A DNA stretch of 64,000 nucleotides from Sminthopsis crassicaudata. Its lineage: Eukaryota. Location: the NCBI RefSeq assembly GCF_048593235.1, contig NC_133619.1:649676558-649740557 (forward strand), in the 5' to 3' direction. The translations under genes and the position numbers were made by a program. This document shows positions 12,263 through 25,035 of this stretch, piece by piece; within the stretch, counting starts at the first letter, position 1, and every line of letters begins with the position of its first letter. Below the pieces are notes generated by a model. It saw nothing but the letters and a program-made list of their open reading frames with translations, did not search any database and was not told the DNA's origin.

Positions 12263-12549
12263 ATAAAAGGCTTTGAATGCTGAACAGGACTTTGCTTTAA
12301 CCCTGATGGGAGAGGGGAAGGCTCCAGACGGGCCTGCGGAAGTCGGCCTGTGGTGGGATGGGGGAAGGGTGAGACATTATATGTGATGGGTTGGGGGTTC
12401 CTATATGGCCACTTCTGTCCTGTGTACAGAAATACGCCCCCTTTTGGAGGGTACTCTGCAAATTAATCATTTGGAAGATGTGAAGTTCCCTCGGCTTCAC
12501 GGTCCCTGCACATTGAGCACTTACACTGTGCTAAGCCAAGTGCTGAGGG

Positions 12550-14260
12550 AGAGATCCAGAGACAGTCCTCGACCTCCGGGGGAGGAACAAACAATTCAAA
12601 TCTGGGCCCTGGGGCTGAGAAGGGCCCGGGGACCACGTGAGGAAGGGGGGAGGTCCGGGAGCTGGGGAGCGACAGATGTGAGCGCAGAGGCCTCGGTCCC
12701 AGTGAAGGGGCAAGGATTGGGAAGCCCCGCCCCCCCCCGGTTAGGAGCATGCGCGGTTCCCCAGCCAGCGGAGCCACTGAATTCTTGGATCCCTGGGGAG
12801 CTGGGGGGCCTCCGTCCGGGGCTGGAGAAGGGGCAGGCGCCCAGTTCCTGAAGCTTCTCCAGGGTGGCCCTGCGCACGTGCCCTCCCCGGCCCGCTCACT
12901 CGGCTCTGGCTTTTTCCTCCTTTATTGACGACGCGCTTTCATTCCGCCATTCCCCACGGGAACCGGGACAGGCGCCCCTCGGAGCGAAGCTTTGCCTGCT
13001 TTCCCTTCCGCCTCTCCCCGCCCTCCGCCGCCTCCCGTCTCGGTCCTGGGCCGCCCCTGGCCAGGAGCCTTGGGGCTGCTGGGGTTCGAAAGGGGACTCC
13101 GAGAGGTTGGGTGGCAAATGGCAAGATGTCTTGACCCCATCTCCAAGTCAAGGGGCAAAGGTCCTTGCAATTGCAGCGCTAATCGAAGCGGACTAAGTGC
13201 CTAAAGGAGTTAGCAAAGGAGGAAGAGTTTCTGCGGTCCTTCATGTGACCTGGAGGCTCATTGTGTGGCCCACGCCGAGGCCCGAGCAGCGCTCTGGGAC
13301 CGGCTCACCCGCGCTCTCAGACCCTGCTACCGCTGACCCCTCCGCCAGGGCCGCGGCCACTTCGCCCCCTTCTGAATCCCCTCGGCGCCATGTCTGCGGC
13401 TGCCCGCTGGTGATGGGCTTCCCCGTCCCTCCCCTGGGTGTCTCTGACCACCCCCCAGCTGGTCCCTGGCGCCTCTGCTCCCTCCGCCCCAGGCCGGTGA
13501 CCCCCCGACCCCCAGGCCGGTGACCCCACGACCCCCAGGACGGTGACCCCACGGCCCCCCAGGACGGTGACCCCACGGCCCCCCCAGGACGGTGACCCCA
13601 CGGCCCCCCAGGACGGTGACCCCACGGCCCCCCAGGACGGTGACCCCACGGCCCCCCGCGTCCCATCTGTTTGTTAGAAGCGGGGAAAGAGAAAAGGAAA
13701 GGAAAGGGGAATGTGAGAGCGCCGGACTCCCGGACCGTCCGGGCCCCGATCCTTTGTCTGGAGCTGGCCCGTGGGACGGTGTCGGGGTGAGCGCCCCCAG
13801 AGCGGGCCGGACCGTGGGCTCCGGCTCCTGACAAGCCGGGGCTTTGGAGGCTTGAGTGTGAAAAGAGGCTTGGCCTGGAGCAGGGCCTGGGACCAGAGAG
13901 AGAATCCCCGCGGAGCTGAAGGGAGGTCCTCGGAGGCCCCGGGGCTCCGAGCACCTCAGTGTTCTCAGGCTTCCCGGACCACGTCACCGCAGAGCCTCGG
14001 TGAGCGCCCTTCCGAGGGGCCTGGAGCCCTGAGCCTCGGCCTGAGGGCCCGGCCGGGAGCCAAGGGCAGCAGCCGCACTGGAGCTTTTGCCCAGCAGGTA
14101 ACCGGTGCAAGCTACGATTAGAGTCTCCGGACATCAAACCTCAAACCGTGCCGGAGCGGATTTGTGAGCTGTCTCCTGTCCCCCTCCCCTCCCGGTGGTT
14201 TCCCGACTCCTGCACAGGACCCCGACTGCTTCGGTGGGAGAGGGGGACTCCGGTTTGTGG
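12550..14260. promoter_or_regulatory. Orphan CpG island with promoter-type motifs and no recognisable coding gene
   Basis: CpG-dense. CACGTG at 12634-12639 and 12875-12880, ATTGG at 12716-12720 next to a GC box at 12724-12733, GCATGCGC near 12748. Confidence 0.6.
13487..13657. repeat. Minisatellite, 7 copies of a 23-25 bp unit CCCCAGG(A/C)CGGTGACCCCACGGC(C)
   Basis: AGG anchors at 13491, 13514, 13537, 13561, 13586, 13610 and 13634. Confidence 0.95.
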
Positions 14261-14499
14261 GAGGATTGCTGATGTATTTCGGTCATTGCCTCCTATTATG
14301 TAAATATGATTAATTAAATAAATCAAAATGTAAATATGATTATCCCAGTCTTTATCTTCTGTAGAGCTTCTTGATCATTCATCCCTGCCCTGAAGGCTGT
14401 GCTCTCTCTGCTTTAAGTAGAAACGGTTTATTTCTCAGAGTCAAAGATAAGGGGAGATAGGTCCTATCTGTGCGATAGAGACCCCCACCTGGCAGAGAG

Positions 14500-14665
14500 T
14501 ACCTACTGTGCGCCGGGCACTGTGCCCCGCGCCCTCCTATCGACAGCCCTGGAGGGTAGAGGCCGTTCGGATCTTCATTTTATTGTTGAGGAAACTGGGG
14601 CGGACGGGATATAAATGACTTGTCCAGGGTCACGCACTTAGCGAGAATCAGAGATCACGTTAAAT
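14500..14665 (-). mobile_element. MIR/CORE-SINE relic
   Basis: Contains cattttattgttgaggaaactg and aaatgacttgtccagggtcac, the reverse-strand CORE-SINE signature. Confidence 0.65.
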
Positions 14666-17600
14666 TCCTGCCTCCAGGCCTGGGCTGCCTTTTAAATGTG
14701 GGACGGGAGCTCCCCGAAGTAAGGGCTCTTGTGGTTTTCTATGTGATCGTTAGTGTGTGCACATGCTGGACACGGGACGTGCACAACAACGCAAGCAGGA
14801 AGCATGTCGGTTGGGGCTCGCCTCCCCGAGTGATGAGGAAGAGGAACCTGTCCCAGCTCCCATAATGCCCGAGGTGGGGGCTGGCGAGCGGGGAAGGTGG
14901 GCTTCCCTGAGTCCCAGAGAGAGAGGGGGTACAGATGCCGCATTGGGCAGGGAACTGAAGATTTAGGCCCGGAGCTCAGGTGAGGGCTGGATACGTCAGG
15001 TTATTAATAACAATGCTATTTGTGAAGTTAGAAGCCTACGGAATAAAGTGGTCAATCTGCAGGAAGGAAACAATCAAAATCCGGGCTTGTAAGAAACAAT
15101 TTCCATGAAATGAAAGAAGTCCAAAATTGTGAATCTGGGGGAAAGCATTTTCAGAAAAAAATAAACATTCTCAGCCATAAAAAAAAAAAAAAAAAGCTGA
15201 AAAGGAAATATCCTTTTACTCAGAAACTCACAAACCTTAACAAAAAGCATCCTGGACAAGCCCCCACAGGTAACACCGCGGGAGTCCTTCCTGGGTTACC
15301 GGATTACCAATTATCTGGCCAATGAGCTTGGAGAGCAGCACTAGGTGACCCTGCTCAGTCCGATCAGTCCCACCTTCTCCCGGACTCAGCCCTTGGTGGC
15401 AGGGTCAGAAGCAAGGCTGCCCAGGTCAGATCCTGCCCTCCTGCTGCCCGGGGTCCACTGTAGGGCCGGCAGTGATGTCAGGAATGGCCAAGGGGGAAAA
15501 CCAAAATCTGTTACAGGCCCTTGGAGCCCCCACCCCACCGAAGGAGTTCACTCTTTCAGTTCCGCCATTCACAGCGCACACAAGTCAGGTGATCCTGGAG
15601 AACTTTAGTAACAGGACGAAATGTAAAAAGGATTCCCCCCTCCCTGGCTGAGTCCACTCCTAGAGGGGACGCTTGGGACCAGGGAATAGCCTTCCACCTC
15701 CTGCCGGGGCTCCCAGGGGAGGGGTTTCCCTCAGCTTACCGGCCTCCAGACCTCCATTCTAATAGAGAGGAGAACCTCCAGAGAAAAGGTGTCAAGGATG
15801 CCTAAAGATGCTCAGAGGCCCAAGAAGTGAAAAGGAAATCAATTACCTTGGCAACCTTTGACTGCTGTTTCCACTGAGTGTTGGGGTTGGAAGAGAGAAT
15901 CGCAGGAGTATGAAGTGCAAAAGAAACGTTTATTGTATTTAAAAAATTAAATTTTACTTTATTTTGTTTCAAATGCTCTCCCTATACTCTTTCCTCCCTC
16001 ATTCACTCAGAAGGCAAGTAAAACCAAGCTCATCTTAATTAAGCATAGTCATACAAGGCAAATATATTCATTAGCCATATTTTTAAAAAACAAGAAAAAT
16101 CAAGAAATAAAAAAGAAAAGAAAATATTCTTCATTGTACACATTGCCTTCCATCTGGGTGTGGATAGGATGTTTCATCATTAGTCCTTGAGAATTGTGGT
16201 TGGTCATTTTGTTGATCAGAGTTGCTACTCTTTCAAAGTTGATTATTTTTACAATATTGCCGTTACTGTTATAAATTATACTGTAAAAAATGTAAAAAGT
16301 TCTGCTCACTTAACTCTGCTTAGTTCGTACAAGTCTTCCTAGGTTTTTCTGAAATCATTCTCTTCATCATTTTTTCATAAACTGTAACTTGTTTAATTAT
16401 TCCTCAATTGATGAGTGTTCCCTCAGGTTCCAAAAAAGAGCTTCTATAAATAATTTTGTACACATGAGCTCTTTGGGGGTATAGACTGAGTGTAGTGTCA
16501 CTGGGTCAGAGGGTATGCAGTTTTATAGCCTTTAGGAGATAGTTTCACTTTCTTTTCTTTTCCTTTTTAACTTTAAGTTAAAATATTTTAAAAGAGATAA
16601 TAGCTCAGAAATAAGTAATAGTCATTTTCTTAAACACACCTTTATGAATCATGTTGGGAGAGAAAAACCAGAACAAAATAGAAAAAACATGAGAGAGAAG
16701 GCAGAAGAAAAAAGGGGAAAAGGGAACCCCAAATTACTTTCTATTCACTGACAGTATATTAGTGTACCTTTTCCCCCACATCCCCTCCAGTTTTATCATT
16801 TTTCTTTTTTGTCATTCTAGCCAATCTGATGGGTGTGAGGTAATACCTCAGAGTTATTTTAATTTGCATTTCTTTCATTGTTGATGATGCAAAACACTCC
16901 CCCTTCCCACATATCTATTGATAGGATAGATTTCTTTTCCTGAAAACTGCCTTTTCATATCTTTTTTTTTTTATATAACTTTTTATTGACAGTACATATG
17001 CATAGGTCATTTTTTACAACATTATGGCTTGCACTCATTTTCTATTCCAGCTTTTCCCTTCCCACCCTCCATCCCCTCCCCTCGATGGCAGGCAGTCTTA
17101 TACATGTTAAATATGTTATAGTATATCCTAGATACAATATATATGTGTAGAAATGAACAGTTCTCTTGTTGCACAGAGAGAATTGGATTCAGAAGGTAAA
17201 ACTAACCTGGGAAGAAAAACAAACATTCAAACAGTTTACACTCATTTCCCAGTGTTCCTTCTCTGGGTGGAGCTGATTCTGTCCATCATTGATCGATTAG
17301 AAATGAATTAGATCTTCTCTTTGTCAAAGATGTCCACTTCCATTAGAATACATTCTCATACAGTATCATTGTTGAAGTGTATAATGATCTCCTGGTTCTG
17401 CTCATTTCACTCAGCATAAGTTCATGTAGGTCTCTCCAAGCCTCTCTTATTCATCCTGCTGGTCATTTCTTACAGAGCAATAATATTCCATAACATTCAT
17501 ATACCACAATTTACCTAGCCATTCTCCAATTGATGGGCATCCATTCATTTTCCATTTTCTAGCCACTTCAAAAAGAGCAGCCACAAACATTTTGGCACAT

Positions 17601-18261
17601 ACAGGTCCATTTCCCTTCTTTAGTATTTCTTTGGTATATAAGCCCAGTTGTAGCACTGCTGGGTCAAAGGGTATGCACATTTTGATAACTTTTTGGGCAT
17701 AATTCCAGATTGCTCTCCAGAATGGTTGGATTCGTTCACAATTCCACCAACAATGCATCAGTGTCCCAGTTTTCTCCCCATCCCCTCCAACATACATCAT
17801 TATTTGTTTCTGTTATCTTAGCCAATCTGACAGGTGGGTAGTGGTATCTCAGAGTTGTCTTAATTTGCATTTCTCTGATCAATAGTGATTTGGAACACTC
17901 TTTCACATGAGTGGAAATAGTTTCAATTTCATCTGAAAATTGTTCATATCCTTTGACCATTTATCAATTGGAGATTGGCTTGATTTCTTATTTAAATTAG
18001 TCAATTCTCTATATATTTTGGAAATGAGGCCTTTATCAAAACCTTTAACTGTAAAAATGTTTTCCTAGTTTGTTGCTTCCCTTCTAATTTTGTTTGCATT
18101 AGTTTTGTGTGTACAAAGGTTTTTTAATTTGATGTAATCAAAATTTTTTATTTTGTGATCAATAATGATCTCTAGTTGTTCTTTGGTCACAAATTCCTTC
18201 CTCTTCCAAAAGTCTGGGAGATAAACTATCCTGTGTTTCTCTATTTATGATCTCATTCTTT

Positions 18262-18459
18262 TTTTTTTTTTATTTTCATGATAATAGTGTTTTATTTTTC
18301 AAAATACATGCAAAAATAGTTTTTAACATTCACCCTTGTGTTCCAAATTTTCTTCCTTTCCCTCCCCCTAGACAGCAAGTAATCCAATGTGGGTTAAATA
18401 TGTGCAATTTTTTCACACATATTTTTACATTTATCATGCTGGGCAAGAAAAAATCAGAA
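18262..18459 (-). mobile_element. About 200-bp 5'-truncated L1 3' UTR nested in the L1 above
   Basis: TSD ATGAT(C/A)TCATTCTTT at 18247-18261 and 18460-18474; poly-T at the left end. Confidence 0.8.
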
Positions 18460-19129
18460 ATGATATCATTCTTTATGCCTAAATCATGGACCCATTTTCG
18501 TCTTATCTTGGTATATGGTGTTAAGTGTGGGTCCATGCCTACTTTCTGCCATACTAATTTCCAGTTTTCCCAGCAGTTTTTGTCAAAAGTGAATTCTTAT
18601 TCCAAAAGTATGTGTTTATCAAACACTAGATTGCTATAGTTATTGACTATTTTATCTTGTGAACCTAACTTATTCCATTGATCAACTAATTTACTTCTTA
18701 GTCAATAAGAAATTTGGTAACTGCTGCTTTATAATATAGTTTTAGATCAGGTAGAGCTAGGCCACCTTCATTTGATTTTTTTTTCCATTAATTCCCTTGA
18801 AATTCTCAACCTTTTGTTCTTTCACATGAATTTTGTTGTTATTTTTTCTGGGTCATTAAAATAGTTTCTTGGGAGTCTGATTGGTATGGCACGAAATAAA
18901 TAGATTAGTTTAGGTAGTATTGTCATCTTTATTATATTTGCTTGGCCTATCCAAGAGCACTTAATGTCTTTCCAGTTATTTAAATCTGACTTCATTTGTG
19001 TGGCAAGTGTTCTGTAATTTTGCTCATATAATTCCTGAGTTTCCTTTGGTATATTGATTCCCAAATATTTTATGCTATCGACAATTATTTTGAATGGAAT
19101 TTCTCTTTGTATCTCTTGCTGCTGGATTT

Positions 19130-21126
19130 TTAAAAACATTTTTAAAATTAATTTTATAATTATAAAAAAATTTTTTGACAGTACATATGCATGAGTAAAT
19201 TTTTTTTATAACATTATCTCTTGTATTCATTTTTCCAAAATTTCCCTTCCCTCCCTCTACTCCCTCCCCTAGATGACAGGCAATCCCATACATTTTACAT
19301 GTGCCACAGTATAACCTAGATACAATATATGTGTGCAAATCCAATTTTCTTGTTGCACATTAAGAATTGGATTCCGAAGGTATAAGTAACCTGGATAGAA
19401 AGACAGTAGTGCTAACAGTTTACATTTAATTCCCAGTGTTCCTTCTCTGGGTGTAGTTGTTTTTGTCCATCATTGATCAACTGGAAGTGAGTTGGATCTT
19501 CTTTATGTTGAAGATATCCACTTCCATCAGAATACATTGTCATACAATATTGTTGTTGAAGTGTATAGTGATCTTCTGGTTCTGCTCATTTTACTCAGCA
19601 TCAGTTGATGTAAGTCACTCCAAGCCTTTCTGAATTCATCCTGCTGGTCATTTCTTACAGAGTAATAATATTCCATAACCTTCATATACCATAATTTACC
19701 CAACTATTCTCCAATTGATGGGCATCCATTCATTTTCCAGTTTCTAGCCACTACAAAAAGAGCTGCCACAAACATTTTGGCACACACAGGTCCCTTTCCC
19801 CTCTTCAGTATTTCTTTGGGATATAAGCCCAATAGTACCACTGCTGGATCAAAGGGGATGCACAGTTTGATAAGTTTTTGGGCATAGTTCCAAATTGCTT
19901 TCCAGAATGGCCGGATTCTTTTACAACTCCACCAACAATGGATTAGTGTCCCAGTTTTCCCACATTCCCTCCAACATTCATCATTATTTGTTTCTGTCAT
20001 CTTAGCCAATCTGACAGGTGTGTAGTGGTATCTCAGAGTTGTCTTAATTTGCATTTCTCTGATCAGTAGTGATTTGGAACACTCTTTCATATGAGTGGAT
20101 ATAGTTTCAATTTCATCATCTGAGAATTGTCTGTTCATATCCTTTGACCATTTATCAATTGGAGAATGGTTTGATTTCTTATAAATTAGGGTCAGTTCTC
20201 TATATAATTTGGAGAGGAGGCCTTTATCAGAACCTTTAACTGTAAAAATATTTTCCCAATTTGTTACTTCCCTTCTAATCTTGTTTGCATTAGTTTTGTT
20301 TGTACAGAAACTTTTTAGTTTGATGTAATCCAAATCTTCTATTTTGTGATCAATAATGATCTCCAGTTCTTCTCTGGTCATAAATTCCTTCCTCCTCCAC
20401 AGGTCTGAGAGGTAGACTATTCTCTGTTCCTCTAATCTATTTATGGTCTCATTCTTTATCCCTAAATTATGGACCCATTTTGATCTTATCTTAGTATAGG
20501 GTGTTAAGTGTGGATCCATATCAAATTTCTGCCATATTAATTTCCAGTTTTCCCAACAGTTTTTTTCAAATAATGAATTTTTATCCCAAATGTTGGTATC
20601 TTTGGGTTTGTCAAACACTAGATTGCTATAGATGTACCCTTTTTTGTCCTTTGTACCTAATCTGTTCCACTGACCGACTGGTCTATTTCTTAGCCAATAC
20701 CAAATGGTTTTTGGTGACTGCTGCTTTATAATATAGTTTTAGATCAGGTAGAGCTAGGCCACCTTCATCTGACTTTTTTTTCATTAATTCCCTTGAAATT
20801 CTCAACCTTTTATTCTTCCATATGAATTTTGTTGTTATTTTTTCTAGGTTGTTAAAATAGTTTCTTGGGAGTCTTATTGGTATAGCACTAAATAAATAGA
20901 TTAGTTTGGGGAGTATTGTCATCTTTATTATATTCGCTTGGCCTATCCACAAACACTGAATGTGTTTCCAATTATTTAAATCTGACTTTATTTTTGTGGC
21001 AAGTGTTTTGTAATTTTGCTCATATAATTGCTGACTTTTCTTTGGTAGATGGATTCCCAAATATTTTATACTCTTGACAGTTGTATTGAATTGAATTTCT
21101 CTTTGTATCTCTTGCTGTTGCATTTT
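19130..21126 (-). mobile_element. Second L1 3' end (different subfamily 3' UTR) nested in the composite; contains a 304-aa intact ORF2 C-terminal segment
   Basis: New tail and 3' UTR start at about 19130. ORF 19704-20618 ends with CWRECGKTGTLIHCWWSC. Confidence 0.85.
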
Positions 21127-23964
21127 ATTGGTGATGTATAAAAAAATGCTGAGGATTTACGTGGATTTATTTTGTATTCTGCAACTTTGCTAAAGTTATG
21201 AATTTTTTCTAATAGCTTTTTAATAGAATCTTTGAGGTTCTTTAAGTATACCATATTTCCTCATTCTAATTCCTTTAATGTCTTTATCCACTCTTATTGC
21301 TGAGGCTAGCATTTCTAATACAATATTGAATAGTAATGGTGATAGTGGGCAGCCTTGTTTCACTCCTGATCTTACTGGGAAATGTTCCAGTTTTTCCCCA
21401 TTACATATGATACTTACTGATGGTTTTAAATATATGCTCCTGACTATTTTAAGGAAAAGTCCATTTATTCCTATACTCTCTAGTGTTTTTATTAGGAATG
21501 GGTGTTGGATTTTATCAAATGCTTTTTCTGCATCTATTGAGATGATCATATGGTTTTTGTTAATTTGGTTATTGATATAGTCAATTATGCTAATAGTTTT
21601 CCTAATATTGAATCAGCCCTGCATTCCCGTTATAAATTCTACTTGGTCATAGTGTATTATCCTGGGGATGGTTTTCTGTAATCTTTTTGCTAATATTATA
21701 TTTAAGATTTTAGCATCAATATTTATTAGGGATATTGGTTTATAATTTTCTTTCTCTGTTTTCAACCTACCTGGTTTAGGTATTAGTACCATGTTTGTGT
21801 CATAAAAGGAATTTGGTAGGACTCCTTCAATGCCTATTTTTTCAAATAGTTTCTATAGCATTGGAGTGAATTGTTCTTTAGATATTTGCTACAATTCACA
21901 AGTAAATCCATCTTGTCCTGGGGATTTTTTCTTAGGGAGTTGGTTAATAGCTTGTTCTGTTTCTTTTTCTAAAATGGGATTATTTAGACTATTTACTTCT
22001 TCCTCTGTTAATCTGGGAAAGCTATATTTTTGAAGGTATTCTTCCATTACATTTAAGCTATCGAATTTATTGCCATAAAGTTGGGCAAAGTAACTCCTAA
22101 TTATTGCTCTAATTTCTTCTTCATTAGTGGCGAGTTCTCCCTTTTGATTTTTAAGACTAACAATTTGATTTACTTCTTTCCTTTTTTAAATTAGATTTAC
22201 TAAGGGTTTGTCTATTTTGTTGGCTTTTTCATAGAATCAACTCTTAGTTTTATTAATTAATTCAATAGTTTGTTTTTTTTTTACTTTCAATTTTATTGAT
22301 CTCTCCTTTTATTTTGAGAATTTCAAGTTTAGTGTTTGACTGGGGGTTTTTAATTTGTTCTTTTTCTAGCATTTTTAGTTGCAAATCCAATTCATTAATC
22401 TTCTCTTTCTCTATTTTATGCAAGTAGGCCTCTAGAGATGTGAAACTTCCCGTTATTCCTGCTTTGGCTGTATCCCACACATTTTGGTATGATGTCTCAT
22501 TATTGTAATTTTCTTGAGTGAAGTTATTAATTATGTCTATGATTTGCTGTTTCACTCAATCATTCTTTAGTATGAGATTATTTAGTTTCCAATTATTTTT
22601 TGGTCTATTTTTCCCTGGTTTTTTATTGAATGTAATTTTCATTGCATCGTGGTCTGAAAAGGATGTTTTTTACTATTTCTGACTTATTGCATTTGAATTT
22701 GAGGTTTTTATGTTCTAATATATAGTCAATTTTTGTATAGGTTCCATGAACTTCTGAGAAGAAAGTGTACTCCTTTCTATCTCCATTTAGTTTTCTCCAA
22801 AGATCTATCATATCTAATTTTCCCAATATTCTATTTACCTCTTTGACTTCTTTCTTATTTATTTTGTGGTTTGATTTATCTAATTCTGAGAATACAAGGT
22901 TAAAATCTCCCACTATTATCGTTTTGCTGTCTATTTCTTCTTGCAGCTCTCTTAATTTCTCTTTTAAGAATTTAAATGCTACACCACTTGGCACATATAT
23001 GTTTAATATTGATATTGCTTCATTATCTATGCTATCATTTGCCTTTTCATATCTTTTGGTCACTTCCTGTTTTTCTTCTAATTTTAGTTGCATTGCTTTT
23101 GTTTCTGAAAAAAAAAACTTTTTAATTTTCATGAAATTCCAATCATTCACTTTATCTCCTATGAACCTCTGTATTTCTTGTTTTGTCATGAACTCTTCCT
23201 CTAGATCTGACAGATAATTTTCTTGTATACACCATTAGTTTGTTTGTGATGTTACTATTTATATATAAATCATATACCCCTTTTGACCTTATTTTCACAG
23301 ATTGTGCAAGATACTGGCCTATGTATAGTTTCTGCCTGATTGCTTTCGAGTTTTCCAAACAGTTTTTGTCAAATAGTGAGCTCTTTCCCCAGTAGCTTGG
23401 ATCTTTGAGTTTATCAAACACTAGATTACTGTGCTTTTGCATAATGTGTATCTGATCTAGTTCATTGATCTACCATCTATTTCTTATCCAGTACCAGATT
23501 ATCTTCATGATTCCCCTTTATGGTATAGTTTGAGATTTGGTACTCTTTTATTCCTGTTCCACTCCCCCCCCCCCCACTTTATTCCCTTGATATGTGAAGT
23601 TTTAAAATTTCTTCAAGATGAATTTTATTGTGTTTTTTTCCTACTTCTGTGAAGTAATTTATTTATTAATTTGATTGCTATGACACTGGACAAGAAAGTT
23701 AATTTAAATAATTATGTCATTTTTTACTTTGGCTTGGCCTAACTATATTATTTTTGTGTAATTAATATTTCTTCAATTATTTAGATTTATCTTTGTGCGA
23801 AGTGTTTTATAATTGTTCATATAGTTCCCGTTTGTGTTTTTAGTTATTTTAAAAATCATTTCTTTTTCTTCTTTCAGCTGAGGAGTTTTTGTTTGTTTTT
23901 TAAAACATATATGAATGTTAACAATTTGTGTGTATTCATTTTACATCCTGCAACTTTGCTGAAG

Positions 23965-24188
23965 GGCTGCTAGGTGGCAAAGTGGATAGAACACTTGGCT
24001 TGGAATTGTAAAACCCTCAGACTCTTATTAACGAGCTGTGTGACCCTGGGCACTGTTCCTGAGGCACCCTCATCTGTATGTGGAAGCAGAGAAGTGGCAG
24101 ACCCTTCCAGTATGTTTGCCAGAGAAACCCCAAAGTGAGTTCATGAAAATCCAGTCAGACATAGTGGCTGAACAACAGCAACCATGAG
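23965..24188 (+). mobile_element. MAR1-like CORE-SINE (RTE-type tail)
   Basis: tRNA-like head gggctgctaggtggc...gtggatagaacac, tail gagaaaccccaaa...ctgaacaacagcaa, TSD TTTGCTGAAG at 23955-23964 and 24189-24198. Confidence 0.7.
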
Positions 24189-24459
24189 TTTGCTGAAGCT
24201 GCTAATTGTTTCGTCCAGTTTTTTAGTTGATTAGAGTTATCCAAATAAGCCATCATGTCATTTATAAAGAACAAGTTTTATTTCCTCATTGTCTATTCTT
24301 ATTCCTTCTATTTCTTATTCTTGCAGGATTACTAGAGCAAGCATTTTGAATAGTAATGGTGGTAATGGATATTGTTGCTTTATTTCTGATCTGATTTGGA
24401 AGGCTTCTAGGTTATCCCCTTTAAAGATAATAATTTTTCTTGGTTTTGGATGAATATTT

Positions 24460-25035
24460 ACAAAAATTATAAATCCCCCAGATTAACAGAGTAACCTAGA
24501 ATCCTTAAAATTTTTATCTTAAAAAAGGAATTGGATAAACTATAAATGAACCCCTAAGAAAAAATTTATAAGAGCAGATGAATTTACAACTGAATTCTAC
24601 CATACATTTAAAGAAAAATAAATTCCAATGCTGTTTGAAATTGTTTGAAAAAATAGGTAAACCAGAGAGAGGACTGTGGGAACTGAGTGTAGATCACAAC
24701 ATAGCACTTTCACTCTTTTTGTTGTTGTTTGCTTGCATTTTATTTTTTTTCTCGCAAATTTTTTTCTGGTTTGATTTGATTTTTCTTATTGCAGCAAGTT
24801 AATTGTATAAATATTTATGTATATATTGGATTTAACATACATTTCTACCATGTTTAACACATATTGGACTACTTGCCATCTAGGGAAGGGAGGGAAATTT
24901 GAACACAAGGTTTATCAAGGGTTAAAGTAAAAGAATTATTCATGCCATGCATATGTTTTGAAAAATAAAAAGCTTTAATAAAAAACAATATAATGAATGA
25001 ATTAAAAAAAAACAATGTAAAAAAAAAAGAAAAAT
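24460..25035 (+). mobile_element. Plus-strand L1 fragment (ORF2 piece joined to 3' UTR and poly-A)
   Basis: ORF2-like gatgaatttacaactgaattctacc, followed by marsupial L1 3' UTR and an A-rich tail at about 25000-25035. Confidence 0.65.

Larger units (their letters stand above)
16966..23039 (-). mobile_element. Younger composite L1 (3' UTR to endonuclease domain) flanked by a perfect 18-bp TSD
   Basis: TGCCTTTTCATATCTTTT at 16948-16965 and 23040-23057, poly-T tail from 16966. ORF2 peptides include endonuclease (TIIVGDFN, TYTKIDYIL), RT ([36 protein letters not shown]) and the C-terminal Cys-rich region. Confidence 0.92.

Noticed and set aside
11743-12264. His/Thr-rich minus-strand ORFs
   Set aside because: Translation of the TG-rich simple repeat.
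22623-23189. 188-aa ORF containing an L1 endonuclease domain
   Set aside because: Chimeric: it starts in the older host L1 and crosses the TSD at 23040 into the younger element. It is not a functional ORF2.
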